This document shows, one piece after another, positions 33,691 to 45,005 of a stretch of DNA of 64,000 nt. Within the stretch, counting starts at the first letter, position 1, and each line of letters opens with the position of its first letter. The position numbers and the translations under genes are program-made. Source of the DNA: Naegleria gruberi (Eukaryota); the NCBI GenBank assembly GCA_000004985.1, contig GG738923.1. One strand, 5' to 3'. The notes under the pieces are model-generated. The model was not told the origin of the DNA, did no database searches, and saw nothing but the letters and a program-made list of their open reading frames with translations.

Positions 33691-34749
33691 TTATTCATCA
33701 ATTTCATCATCACTATCTGTTAACTCAGAAGTAGTAATGTATTCCTTCCATGAAAAATTTGAGAATTTCATATTCCAATCCTTTTGGTCTGGTTCTGTAA
33801 TAATTTTCAAATTATCTCCTTCCTTCACACTACAATTATAAATACTTGACATTGCATGATCATAACAATTATCAATTAAATAAAAATCATATCTATAATA
33901 GGTGATTTTGTAGAATTCATAAATAAATGTTGCAATTGAATGGGTGTTGATAAAACAATCCTTATTGACATCTATGTATTGATGTAATAGAAGAAGTTCA
34001 AGAGGGTTATCATTCAACGACAATCTTTGAACATAATCAAATCTCATTCGTTTAAATCCAAGCTTTAAATAAATCAATTGTCTCACTTTTGGATCCATTA
34101 CTTCATTTGGGGAATCAGAATGTTCACACTCAACAATAAATGAGAGAGGCAACTTGTACAGAGTTTCTGAAATATAATCATCCACATTCAGGCCATTAAC
34201 ATTCAAATATTTCATTTGAAGATTCAAAATTTCTCTATCTTTCTCATTCACTCGTTTCAGTAAAATTTCCAAATTTCTATTCAGAGATTCTTCTTTCAAA
34301 ATTTGTTTTGAATACTCCATTAGCTTGTTTGTCAATCTCTGCCCTCTGTAATTTTCATCCACAACTAAATAGCCCAATAATCCACAATTTGACATTGGAT
34401 AATACTCAATTGTGGCAGCTGCTGCAATAGTTCCATAATTATTACTTGTTTCTTGTTTGCACCCTAAATCTTCAAGAAATAAAAAGTGATGAAATCCACA
34501 AAAACCATCATTAAATGTCTTTTCTGATAATAAATAAATAAATTCCTCAAATTCTTCCAATTCTTCTTTCAGTGGAAAATTAGGAACCAACAATTCATCA
34601 TAGAATTTTTGTAATAATTCACGAATTTCCGGTTTAATTTCTTCTACATCTTGATAACGAGTAGTAGAGTGTTTTATTGTTGATTCTTCCGATGTGGTGA
34701 CAAAATACTCTTTGTGTGCATGATTTGTAAGGTGATGAAGTTTAAACAT
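33691..34749 (-). CDS. GNAT-family N-acetyltransferase (putative)
   Basis: Motif A of the GNAT fold, LGYLVVDENYRGQRLTNKLMEY, matches the (V/I)xxxxRGxGxG/A pattern loosely. 352-aa single ORF. Confidence 0.45.
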   Translation of the reverse strand: MFKLHHLTNHAHKEYFVTTSEESTIKHSTTRYQDVEEIKPEIRELLQKFYDELLVPNFPLKEELEEFEEFIYLLSEKTFNDGFCGFHHFLFLEDLGCKQETSNNYGTIAAAATIEYYPMSNCGLLGYLVVDENYRGQRLTNKLMEYSKQILKEESLNRNLEILLKRVNEKDREILNLQMKYLNVNGLNVDDYISETLYKLPLSFIVECEHSDSPNEVMDPKVRQLIYLKLGFKRMRFDYVQRLSLNDNPLELLLLHQYIDVNKDCFINTHSIATFIYEFYKITYYRYDFYLIDNCYDHAMSSIYNCSVKEGDNLKIITEPDQKDWNMKFSNFSWKEYITTSELTDSDDEIDE

Positions 34750-34805
34750 TTTTTAATAATTAAAAAATTAAAAAGTATAGAATTGAAAAATTAATAAGAA
34801 ATTAT

Positions 34806-36086
34806 TTATTTACGTAAGTGTCTAGCACAGAATTGTTCCAATCTATCATAAGCTTCAACGAGGTCATTCTTAGATGGACAAGTAACAACTCTGAAAAAGT
34901 TCTTCATTCTGAAACATTGACCTGGTAACACGATGAGACTTTCTTCTTTCAATAAAAGTGAGGAGAATTCAACATCGTCATTGATTTGATCATCAAACAT
35001 GTCAATATCAATGCCAATCATACAATACATGGCACCTTGTGGTCTAATGGCTGAGAGTCCCTTAATATTTGAAATTCTTTCAGCTGTATAGTCTGAACTT
35101 TCTTTCAATGATCTATTGAGATTCTTATAGAAGGATGGTTCAACCTTTTCGAAAATATAAGGTAAAGCACCTTGTACGAGAGTATTGGCACCCAAAATTA
35201 ATGTAGTCAATCTTTGAATACCATCTCTGAGTTGATTCATGTAACCCATCTTGTCATAAATGATAATCCAACCAACTCTATAACCTGGAACAAGGAATTG
35301 CTTAGCAATACCACCAACACTCAAAATTGGAACAGTATCTGTCAATTCAGCCATGTGAATGAACTTTTCAGTTTCATCGAAAATCATGTCAGCATAAATT
35401 TCATCAGCAATAATTGGAAGTTTGAATTCTTCAGCAAAATTAATGATATCCTTCAAGTGAGCAGCATCATAGACAGAACCACATGGATTGGATGGATTAT
35501 TTACAAGAATAGCTCTAGTCTTTGATGTAACAAGTGATCTAGCATGTTCCAAGTCAACTTTCCAAGCATCATTTGACTTGAGATTATAATATTTGGCTTC
35601 AATACCTTTGCTACCGGCTAAAGTAGTATAGAGTGAAAAACCTGGTTGTGGAAGTAAAATTTCATCTCCTTCATTACACAATGCTTGAATGCAAATATCG
35701 AGAGCACCACTGGCACCACTACAAATAACGACATCCTATTGTTTGTTCATCAAATGATGCAAGTTCAACATCAACATCATGATATCATTATTAAAAGAGA
35801 AAGAACACTAATAAATACTTACAGACATCTTGACTGAATGATTCTTTAAACTATATCTTGTAGCAACTGCCTTTCTGGCATCATCTCTGCCCATTGATGG
35901 AGCATAACCATTACATTTGCCTTCTTGAACAGCTTTAATGATAGCTTCTTCGACCATCTTGTCTGTCTTTAAATTACCAAATACTGTTGGGTCACCAATA
36001 GAAAGTGAAAGTTTGCTCTTATTTGGATTCATATCTTCATCACGCAGTTTATCAACAATTTGTCGGATTGGATTCACAGTTCTCAT
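34806..36086 (-). CDS. TAT: Tyrosine aminotransferase (class-I PLP aminotransferase); 2 exons, 35823..36086 and 34806..35735
   Basis: Exon 1 ...GDPTVFGNL...GYAPSMGRDDARKAVA...HSVKMS. An 87-nt intron (GTAAGT...AATAG) separates it from exon 2 |DVVICSGASGALDICIQALCNEGDEILLPQPGFSLY...ILVNNPSNPCGSVY...VPGYRVGWII.... These are all TAT/aminotransferase-I hallmarks, and the PLP-Lys region is present. Confidence 0.85.
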
Positions 36087-36798
36087 CGAGGATTCTGATG
36101 GTTTAATAGACCATGATGATGATGTGGTGTAATTGCAGCATCTGTAGGCATTTGTTTACTTGTTTCTTCGTTAGTTGTAGTAATTGTTGTGGTTGTGATT
36201 GGGGTTGCGGAATTAATATTGGACAATGATGTATTATTCATGATGATTAGAGTGTTGTTGTTAGGGGGAAGTAAAATAAATTAATGGGGAGGTGAGAGTG
36301 CGCGCCGTATTGAATGAGCAAAATTGGGAAGGAAAACTTCGAGGTGGGTATTTGGGATTTTTTTTTGTAAACTCAGTCTCAGATTCATGCTTTGAATTGT
36401 TTGTTGAAGATTTTCCCGCTTTTTAACTGAGGACCTTGGTTTATATTTAGGTCAAATTGACTGGTAGTGATGGATATTCAAAATACAAGATGCATTGAAT
36501 TAAACGGTAAATTAAGAGTTTGAGGAAATTCGATTTGAAAATTCATATGTTCAATGTTCCGTAATAAGCGAATTTTTGAGGAAAGGTTTCTGAAATTAAT
36601 AGTGAACGACAGGAAACAGAATTAAGAGTCTGTAAAAAGATGAAATTTTTTTACTATTTCACAGAGCTTGAAGAAAGTTTAAATTGATGTTTTTCTCAAT
36701 ACAATTCGTTTTCTGTTAGATTCCATTTCTTTAAAATCTCTTCCAATTCCACTTTCTATGCAAATTGCTTTCCATTTACCATCAAATTTCACAAAAAA

Positions 36799-39700
36799 AT
36801 GGCGCAAGTTCTCATCCACACCAGCTGGCCATCAAATAGGCTATTTTTCTTCTGTGTGCTGATGATAACAATTATTTACTTGGCACAAAAAGCATCTCCT
36901 CTCGAATCAAGATTGGAAACTAATTGTCTTGATTGTACTGATAGTGCAATCGGAGGTGGAATTTGGTGTGCTATGGAGAATCGATGTGTTTCATCTGCCA
37001 GTGAATGTTATTCCTCTTTCTATTCAAAATTGAATTCTAATGATGATGGTAATAGATTGTCATTATCCGTGATGATGAATCGGATGAAATCTTTTGTGAA
37101 TATTCATCCTCAAGATGAGAATGAACAAATTTCCGTATTGAATACTAATGAAAATAGAGAAACAGAAGGAATACAAGATTGGAGTAACATGTTTTGGTTT
37201 CTGAAGAATTATACCATGATGAAGGTTGTGAGTAATGATACAGAAGAAGTGGATGAAGAATTTGATGAAGAAAAACATGAACCAATGGAATGGATATCGA
37301 GAATTCCACAACATTGCATGGATGGAGTGATTGACCATCCAAGAAAGTGTCCAAGATTTAATGGTAAGTTATTTAGAGTGAAGAAATGTTAAATATTTGA
37401 ATAGTTTCAATTGCTAGAGAATATTCTCGTTCAACGAGAAATTTAGTGGAACCTATTCCAATTCAACCACAATTGATTTTGGATTCTGTAGATTTATCAA
37501 TTAAGAATTCTATATATGGAAATACTAGTTATCAGGCATTTGTTGGTGCTTTCTTTCCAGATCAACAATTATTTAAAAAGCAAGGATATTTCTTTTCTTA
37601 TGAATTTCATGTTCAAAGAAAAGGAATATTTAAGGTAAAGAAGGGAAAAATTACATTTACTGATCTTTCAATTGCTGCCTCGACTAAGGAGAATCATAGA
37701 TTGGGATTTGGTGTGATGGTGGTGAGTGGATTGAATGGAAGTCTGACAACTGTAAATACCTCAATTCAGTGTGGATTTGTAACATCTTCAAAACCAATCT
37801 ATGTAGAATCTGTTACCATGTACTTTTTATTGAATCCTCATGTATTCGTAGCCCTTCCAATATTCCTTATTGCTATTTCATTAGTTTATATTCAAGTGAC
37901 TTGCTGCTCAAAGAAATATCACCTCAATGATGACATTATAGAGGCAGATACGATAGCTTTGGATGATGACTTACAAGAAGTACCAAAGAAGGAGAGTAGG
38001 ACCTTTTTCACATTGAATTCGAATAGAGATATGGAAGATAAACCATTACTGGGTAAAGCTGTCCAATTTTTCAAAAATTTAGCAATTCACATTGTTGAAT
38101 CAACAATTTCCTTGTTTAGCACCTCTGACAGCGAAATTGTAAGGAAATGTGGAACAGATGTCTATTACTTTTTATGGTTCCAAAAGTATCTCATTCTATT
38201 TGTTACAGTTTGTGGAGCCATCTCAATGATAATACTTTTGCCAATTTATATATTGAGCAAACAGTACGATTATTCATTTAGAGATTTTTCAATGACCACC
38301 ATTGCCTCTATTAACGTAAAGACCAGTATATTGACAATTTTATTTTTCATTATGAATGGTGTTATTCCAGTAATTGGATTTGGTTTATTGTGGAAGATTA
38401 GAAGACTTGCCAGACACATGATTAAGGCAAACAACAATTTTGGAAGCCTATACACTGTGATGATTTCAAATGTGGACAAGACTTTGAAAGATAAGGATAT
38501 TCTCTTACGTGAGTTGAGAGCCATGTTTGGAGATAACTCAATTGTTGATTGTCACATTTGTTTTGATTATTCAAAGATTAATGCACTGGAAAAGGATATT
38601 GAAATCTTGAAAACAAAATTGAGTCTTTTAGACGAGAATAGAAATGTTACTATTAATTACATCAAATCCCTCCATTCAAAACTTGTTAGAAACATGTCTT
38701 TACAGGAGTATTACACGAGTGAAATTGAAAAATCGGAAACCAAACTCTCTGAACTCAAGAAGGAAAATGAAATTTGTGGAACTGGTTTTGCCTTTGCAAC
38801 ATTTTCATCCCTTAAAATGGCTCAACAAGTTTGTGATGAATATGTTACTGACTTTATGGGTTTTATGGTCTCTAAAAAGTATATCCTAAACAAATTTGCA
38901 AGAATCAAGAGTTATCTAACAAATAGTCCAAGTGCTGTACCATCTATTAGAAATAGCTACAACTTTAAACCAGCATGTGAAGCTGTTGATGTAATGTATG
39001 ATAATTTGCAATGTACTACCTCAGAGAGAACTCTTACCAATATTGTTTCCAATGCTCTACTCACATTCATTTTGATTATTGCGTATGCTATTTTAATTTT
39101 CAATAGTTCAATTCCTTGGTACTTTAATCAAAATAAGTCGGAAGTTTATGATTTTGCAGACGGTTCAAAATACTCAACCAATACTATATTCAATTCACTT
39201 CTTGTGTTTTTTGAATTGACTCCTGAAATTATTTCACTCATCAACGAATCTATCAAACCAATTGTTGAAAAACTTGTTGCTTGGGAAAAACCTAAAACTA
39301 GAATGCATGAAAGGAAATCCATTCTCAGAAGAACTACCTACTTTTTCATTATGAGTACTATCATTTTCCCATATGCTTGGACTTATTACAAATCTGTTTG
39401 GAGAATATTTAAATCATTGCCTCCATTCAATAATGAGATTTACTTTTTCAATTTTATTGGAATTGAATTGATTATTACCACTTTGGTATTGGCATGTACT
39501 TCAAAAGGTTTGGATATGATTTTCACCTCAATTTCAATGCTGTATGATTATTGGAGGACTGGAGAATTACACAGACCTAAATTTGATTATGAAGCTGAGT
39601 ATAGCATCAAGATTACATTACTAATAATGTGCCTATTTTATGGAACTTGCATGCCACTAGTTTATATTGCAGTAGTTTTATACTTTATATTCACATATAT

Positions 39701-40292
39701 TGTTGAAAAGTATTTAATCATGTATTGGTATGAAAGATCAATTGAAAGTGATGGAAAGATTCTCAATACTGTTGCAGAAAATATTGGATTTTGCTTTATT
39801 CTTTCACCATTCTACATTATTGTCCTAATGCCAGTTCTACTGAGTAGAAAAATGACCTATTTGTTGGGTATTCCAATAGTAATTCTAATTATTATTGAGC
39901 TTTACTTTTTGATTAGAAAAACAGCTAATAAGGAAAGAGATGCTATCATTATCTCACTCAAGGAACGCTCAGAACAATCACACAAGAAAGAGGACATTGT
40001 TGAAGAATTGGACACCACTCCAACCAATAACACACCAACCAATATTCAAGACGCTTCAGAATATACACGTAAAAATATTGAGGAGGATCATGATTTTATC
40101 AAATTGGAACAAAATGATTGGTTTGAGCATTCACTCCAAGATAAAAGATATCCACCAACCTTTGATAAATTACACGAAATTCTCAACACTGAGGAAACGA
40201 GAATTTTTGAAGAAGATTTGAATTTGGATGTGAACAAATTGTCGAGACAGTATCGCCATCCTTATTTGAGAAAGTTACTGAGGTTTCAGTAG
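36799..40292 (+). CDS. OSCA/TMEM63/CSC1-family mechanosensitive cation channel (RSN1_7TM + cytosolic RRM-like domain). Main exon 37405..40292; probable extra 5' exon 36799..37363 encoding a signal peptide plus Cys-rich domain
   Basis: Family signatures: ...KCGTDVYYFLWFQKYLILF..., the cytosolic domain YTVMISNVDK...CHICFDYSKINALEKDIEIL...ICGTGFAFATFSS, and multiple C-terminal transmembrane segments. The upstream ORF ends at a GTAAGT donor (37364) and joins in phase 1 via a 41-nt intron to an AATAG acceptor (37404) in the same frame (...CPRFN|VSIAREY...). Confidence 0.65.
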
Positions 40293-40395
40293 TCAATATT
40301 TAGTCATGATAAGTTGGTTTCTTGATATTTTTCTTTCTCTTTCTCATTCCATTCAATTATTCCAATTTCTTCTAATTTCCAAATAGTACAATTTA

Positions 40396-40570
40396 GGTTC
40401 TAATAAACATTATTCTAAAGTTTGTGATCTTTCCCTCAGTAACTTTCTCAAATACTGTAACTGTGCCACTCAATCCTTAGCCACATGTTATGGTACTTTA
40501 CCTTCCAGTAGTTCAGTTTGTATTGGTAAAAGAACATGCACAGCTCAATATATTTGCTCATGTTTCCTCC
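40396..40570 (+). repeat. Copy A of a ~175-bp repeat; inverted partner at 45636..45808
   Basis: The reverse complement of 45636-45808 aligns base-for-base with 40396-40570 (about 97% identity; mismatches aaacatt/aaatatt, tattggtaaaagaaca/tatcggtaaaggaaca, cacagctc/cacaactc). Confidence 0.8.
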
Positions 40571-41000
40571 TCAATTGCTATCAGATTTATTTGCGCAAAT
40601 ATTAATAAGTAACAATGACGATGGTAGTTGTTCCTCTACTTCATTATTAACAACAACTTGATGCTATTGTGTTTTTAACTTGGGTTATTAGTCCTTCTTC
40701 TTCTCCGTCACTCTCACAATCTTTTTCCTCCATACTATTTATGAATTTAGTAATATCATTAATACGTTGCATAATTGCAAGATGGTTACATTTTGATGTT
40801 GTAGTAGGTGAGGAATCAAAAGAAGGGGTATAATGAGGGAATGATGGTGATGGTGTGCATGACATTTTTTATGTTTCATTACCAACTTTCACGATTAAGG
40901 CCTTTCCATCAAGTACTGGAAGAACGCCTGCCTCCTTCCATGGTACACATTCTAAATGATTAAATTTTGATTCGTGCGAGCAAACATCTTGAGCTGTTAA

Positions 41001-41088
41001 CATGTTCCTTTACCACTACAAACTGACCTACTGGAAGGTGAAACACCAAAACATGTGCGAATAAGGATTGAGTGACGGTTACAGTACT
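41001..41088 (-). repeat. Truncated, more diverged third copy (B) of the same repeat, in the orientation of copy C
   Basis: catgttcctttaccactacaaactgacctactggaaggtgaaacaccaaaacatgtg...gattgagtgacggttacagtact is about 85% identical to 45664-45750. Confidence 0.6.
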
Positions 41089-41094
41089 ATCATA

Positions 41095-41150
41095 AGTTAA
41101 TGAATTTGGATGTGAACAAGTTGTCGAGAGCGTATCGTCATCCTTTGTGA
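41095..41150 (+). repeat. Duplicated fragment of the OSCA/TMEM63 gene 3' end (copy of about 40210-40262)
   Basis: gaatttggatgtgaacaagttgtcgagagcgtatcgtcatcc versus the genic tgaatttggatgtgaacaaattgtcgagacagtatcgccatcc. Confidence 0.6.
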
Positions 41151-41296
41151 ACAGTCAAATCATGATAACCAATAGGAAAATGTTTACCTGATGGAATCAA
41201 CCATGCTGAACAATTGTTCCAGATTGAAAGTTTTTCCAAATCTGTGATGATGATTTTAGTGAAAATATTGAATTTCACTAAAATATTACTAATATA

Positions 41297-41427
41297 ATAA
41301 ATAACAATGATGATGGTTGGTAGTTGTTCCGATGATCATATATCTTCCTCAACCATTCGAGCCATTCGAGCAACAGCCAATCTTCCTCTTCTTCATTATT
41401 AACAACAACTTGATACTATTGTGAGAT
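41297..41427 (+). repeat. Second copy (with ~50-bp internal insertion) of a ~65-bp element also present at 40611..40680
   Basis: aacaatga(c/t)gatgg..tagttgttcc....cttcattattaacaacaacttgat(g/a)ctattgtg is shared by both loci. Confidence 0.55.
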
Positions 41428-41771
41428 CTTGTGCATTTAGCACCTTATCAAATCCAAAAATCATTTTTTAATTAAATTATAAAAAATATCAAAATAACGA
41501 ATCCTTCATCATACTTTGATCATCATAATTATGAAAATAATTAGTACCAACAAGTGTATAGAATGTGAATGTTCAATCTCATCCTGCAACAAAATACATT
41601 GTAAACAACTCGATGGAAGGACACACTTGTTTGTGCTCCAAACAAAAATTTTCGTCCAGTATTAATAGATTGATGGTTGCTGCTGTATAAAAGGGACCAT
41701 AAACTCTCCATCAAAACAATAATCAAAGAAAAGCAATAACAATAATCAGTGTAAAGTTGTAGTACATTCAG

Positions 41772-44700
41772 TTGAAAATGGGCAAGAGAAAAGCAAGTAG
41801 TAGTATTGGCAATAATGCAAAGACGGTCAAACTTTCTCAAGTAGTACCATCATCATTGCCTGTTCAAAATAGTTCCAATGACAAGGAGATTGTCTACCCT
41901 GCTAGTTTTAATTCTACTTCAGAATTAATGAAAAAGGTCAAGGTACTCTTTACTTCCAATCGTGACGAATGTGAGAAGGAATTATCAATTCTCAAAGAAA
42001 TTAAGGGAATGTTGGATAATGTCAAGGTGTCCTACTTTAAAAATATTACTAAAGGACATCCAATGAAATTAGCTGAAGAAAATCTTAATTCATGCATTGA
42101 CAAGATTAATCAAGTAATTGGTGTTGATGTTACTTTTGTTGGTAGTTCTGGTTTAGGTAAGAGTAGTCTTATCAATATGATTATTGGAGAACCAATTCTT
42201 CCTTGTGGTGATGACATTGGTCACATTACAAGATCAATCTTGGAATTATCTTATGCTAAGAACTATGAAGTAATAGTACAATATTGTAATGAGGAGGAAT
42301 TCAATAAGAGAAGAGCCCTAGCTCCAAAAGAGTTTGCTTCCATTACCTATGAAGAAAAGAAAGATTCTCATGAGACAGTAAATAGTGTCGGGGATATTAG
42401 AGAATTTCTTGATAAACAATTTAGGGAGATGAAAGACCTGGATTTGATCAAAGTTGACAAAATTCTAGGTAAATTACCTGTACAATTGTTACAAGACTTT
42501 AATTTAACTATTCGTGATACTCCAGGATATAAATCTGGTACATTTAGTAGAATTTATCAACATTTCATTGAAAAATCAATTACAAAGACTAATATGATTT
42601 TATTTTTCAGTGAAGGATGTAGGGGAGATGTTTCTACAAGTATATTTAGTGATTTTATTAATCCTATTTTAATGAAAGCTCACAAGAATCCACCATCAGT
42701 TAAAATGCTTATTGGAGGAAGAAATATCAGTGATGAAAAGGTTATGCAATTTAAAAAACTCAAAGAAAAAGTTTCACCAAACAAGATTGATTTTGCTAAA
42801 TTATTATCCATGTATACTGATATGGATCTTGAAGATGTAATTCAAAAGTTGGAACCATTTACTGTAGATTTACCAGTAAATGCTCAATTACCTACACTCC
42901 CTGTTGGTGAAGAGTTTAATATTAAGAACTTGAGAGAAGTTTGCATTTCAATTATTAATAGATTTAATACTCTTATTGTTCCTCATTTGGAATCAAATGA
43001 ATTTGAATCTCAAAAACAAGATTTTCTTGAAAATTTCATGCATGGGCTTGTTGAAGAACAAGGTAGAATCTTACATTCAGAGAGAAAGAATATTATTGAA
43101 ATTACTTGTGCACTTGTACCATTATTAATGTCAATTTGTGTTAATAACTTTTCAGAAAAGCAAACTCAATATTATTTAAGAAAGATTGAAAATGATTTAT
43201 GTGCCTATATGTATGATATTACTCAAAAATTCTCTGATATTGCTATTGAAGAATATAATAATGATTGTGCTATTGAATCTTATGATTTATATATGGATAA
43301 ATTAAGAAAGTCAATTTCCAAAAGACTTAAAGATACTATATCATTTCAAGGATTTAAGAAAATTGCTTTAAATGCCATTTCTGAAGTATCAGAAAATTAT
43401 CCATCAATCACTCTATCCCATAATAGAAAAACCCTTTTACTTTCTAATATTGAACAAGTTTTAACTAGTTGCAAACGAAATATTACAACAGTTTGCAAGC
43501 AATTGTATGAAAATTTGACTAGTAATCCAATTTTTAGAAAAGAGTTCCAAAAGAACACACATTTGAAACAACACACAAATATTAAGAATGAAATCAAGAC
43601 TAATATGATAGTACTGACTAATTTTTTCAATTCTTTATTTGATAAAAATAATAATGCTAAAGTTAATTTAATAGTTGAAACAAAATTCAAACTTACCGAA
43701 TTATTTGAACATTACAAACATGAAAGTCAAGATGATGAATATATCTATTCTATTAATTCAAACTTACCAATTCCATCAAAAGAATCTATTAATCATACAT
43801 TCAAACTCACTCTTCCAACTGAACCACTTAAATATTGGACAAATCATGATGAAAAAGAACCATGGAATCATCTCTCAAACTGTTTAGCTACTAATGACTC
43901 ATTATTGAAAGAGAAAATATTGAGAAATCCAAGTAAGATGAACAGAGAATTAATAGTTGATTTCAATGGTACTAGAATTGACTTTTCAAATCAAAACAAG
44001 ATTCAATTATATAATCTACCAGTGATTCATAATTTGAGTAAATTCCAAACATTATTTACTGGTAATGACGAATTTATTGCACCAATAATGATATTTGCCA
44101 AAGATGAAATCAAACAAAACTTGATTTGCAACACCCTTTCAAAGAATATCAATTCAGATAATTTTTTGGTATTTATATTTTGCCAAGAATCAAATTGGAG
44201 TTCTATTTCTAAACTCGTTAAAGATAATTCATCCTGTTATGTTATTAAGGTTAAGAGTAAGAAATTTAATAAGGGAATATTTGAAACATCAGCTTTAGAA
44301 ATTTCAAAGCATTACAATTTCCCTATTTATCATACAATGACACAATATACAGGAAGAGTTCAAGAATATGTCAGTGATCTCAAATCGTTCAAAACAGCTT
44401 CATTTACATTCATAAGATATTTACGTTTTTCTCAAATAACCATGAAGAAAGAACTATTAGAAATTGATGTAACAAACTTGAAGAAAAATATTGGACAATT
44501 CTTGGCTAGAGTGAGAATATTTATAACTAAACTCACAAGTAATGATTATCAGTGTTTTTTCGATGATACTTTTGAAACTTCTAACTTGATGAACAATAAT
44601 TCAGATTCAGAATCTTTCATGTTGAAATTGAGAGAATTAGATGAAGCAACTGGTACTTCCTTTGCTGAAGACTTTCTCAAAATTAGATTAGCCACAAATA

Positions 44701-45005
44701 AGGCACGTTTAGTGCTTTGGAATGGATCCTCCAATATGGTTAAAGAGTTTAAAGTATTCAATGTCAAGAAAAATAATTATTTCATTAGTTATAGACATGA
44801 TTTAAATTCTATCAATACTTGTTATACTCCATCAATGGTTAATGCTTTGGATGATCAAAAACTTTTTGATTGTGCTTGTTTAGAAGAATATTGTGAACAA
44901 AGTTTGAAGAGTGGATTATTATTTTCAGGAGCTGGTCAATTCATTTGTTATGGATTTAAATTTGAAAAGTTTAATGATGACGATTATGAAAGTGAAAATG
45001 AATAA
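41772..45005 (+). CDS. Large (1077 aa) intronless orphan P-loop GTPase: N-terminal coiled-coil, G-domain (G1 GSSGLGKSSLIN, G3 DTPGY), long helical C-terminal region
   Basis: Walker A / G1 at VTFVGSSGLGKSSLINMIIG. A switch-II-like TIRDTPGYKSG follows about 110 aa later. No canonical NKxD was identified, so this is a divergent IRG/GIMAP/dynamin-like or novel family. The gene sits between inverted repeats A and C. Confidence 0.55.
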   Translation: MKMGKRKASSSIGNNAKTVKLSQVVPSSLPVQNSSNDKEIVYPASFNSTSELMKKVKVLFTSNRDECEKELSILKEIKGMLDNVKVSYFKNITKGHPMKLAEENLNSCIDKINQVIGVDVTFVGSSGLGKSSLINMIIGEPILPCGDDIGHITRSILELSYAKNYEVIVQYCNEEEFNKRRALAPKEFASITYEEKKDSHETVNSVGDIREFLDKQFREMKDLDLIKVDKILGKLPVQLLQDFNLTIRDTPGYKSGTFSRIYQHFIEKSITKTNMILFFSEGCRGDVSTSIFSDFINPILMKAHKNPPSVKMLIGGRNISDEKVMQFKKLKEKVSPNKIDFAKLLSMYTDMDLEDVIQKLEPFTVDLPVNAQLPTLPVGEEFNIKNLREVCISIINRFNTLIVPHLESNEFESQKQDFLENFMHGLVEEQGRILHSERKNIIEITCALVPLLMSICVNNFSEKQTQYYLRKIENDLCAYMYDITQKFSDIAIEEYNNDCAIESYDLYMDKLRKSISKRLKDTISFQGFKKIALNAISEVSENYPSITLSHNRKTLLLSNIEQVLTSCKRNITTVCKQLYENLTSNPIFRKEFQKNTHLKQHTNIKNEIKTNMIVLTNFFNSLFDKNNNAKVNLIVETKFKLTELFEHYKHESQDDEYIYSINSNLPIPSKESINHTFKLTLPTEPLKYWTNHDEKEPWNHLSNCLATNDSLLKEKILRNPSKMNRELIVDFNGTRIDFSNQNKIQLYNLPVIHNLSKFQTLFTGNDEFIAPIMIFAKDEIKQNLICNTLSKNINSDNFLVFIFCQESNWSSISKLVKDNSSCYVIKVKSKKFNKGIFETSALEISKHYNFPIYHTMTQYTGRVQEYVSDLKSFKTASFTFIRYLRFSQITMKKELLEIDVTNLKKNIGQFLARVRIFITKLTSNDYQCFFDDTFETSNLMNNNSDSESFMLKLRELDEATGTSFAEDFLKIRLATNKARLVLWNGSSNMVKEFKVFNVKKNNYFISYRHDLNSINTCYTPSMVNALDDQKLFDCACLEEYCEQSLKSGLLFSGAGQFICYGFKFEKFNDDDYESENE

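Noticed and set aside
36087-36245. Upstream 'MNNTSLSNINSATPITTTTITTT...' reading frame ahead of the tyrosine aminotransferase gene
   Set aside because: It hits a TGA before, and is out of frame with, the TAT start codon at 36086. It is probably 5' UTR or an upstream ORF, not an N-terminal extension.
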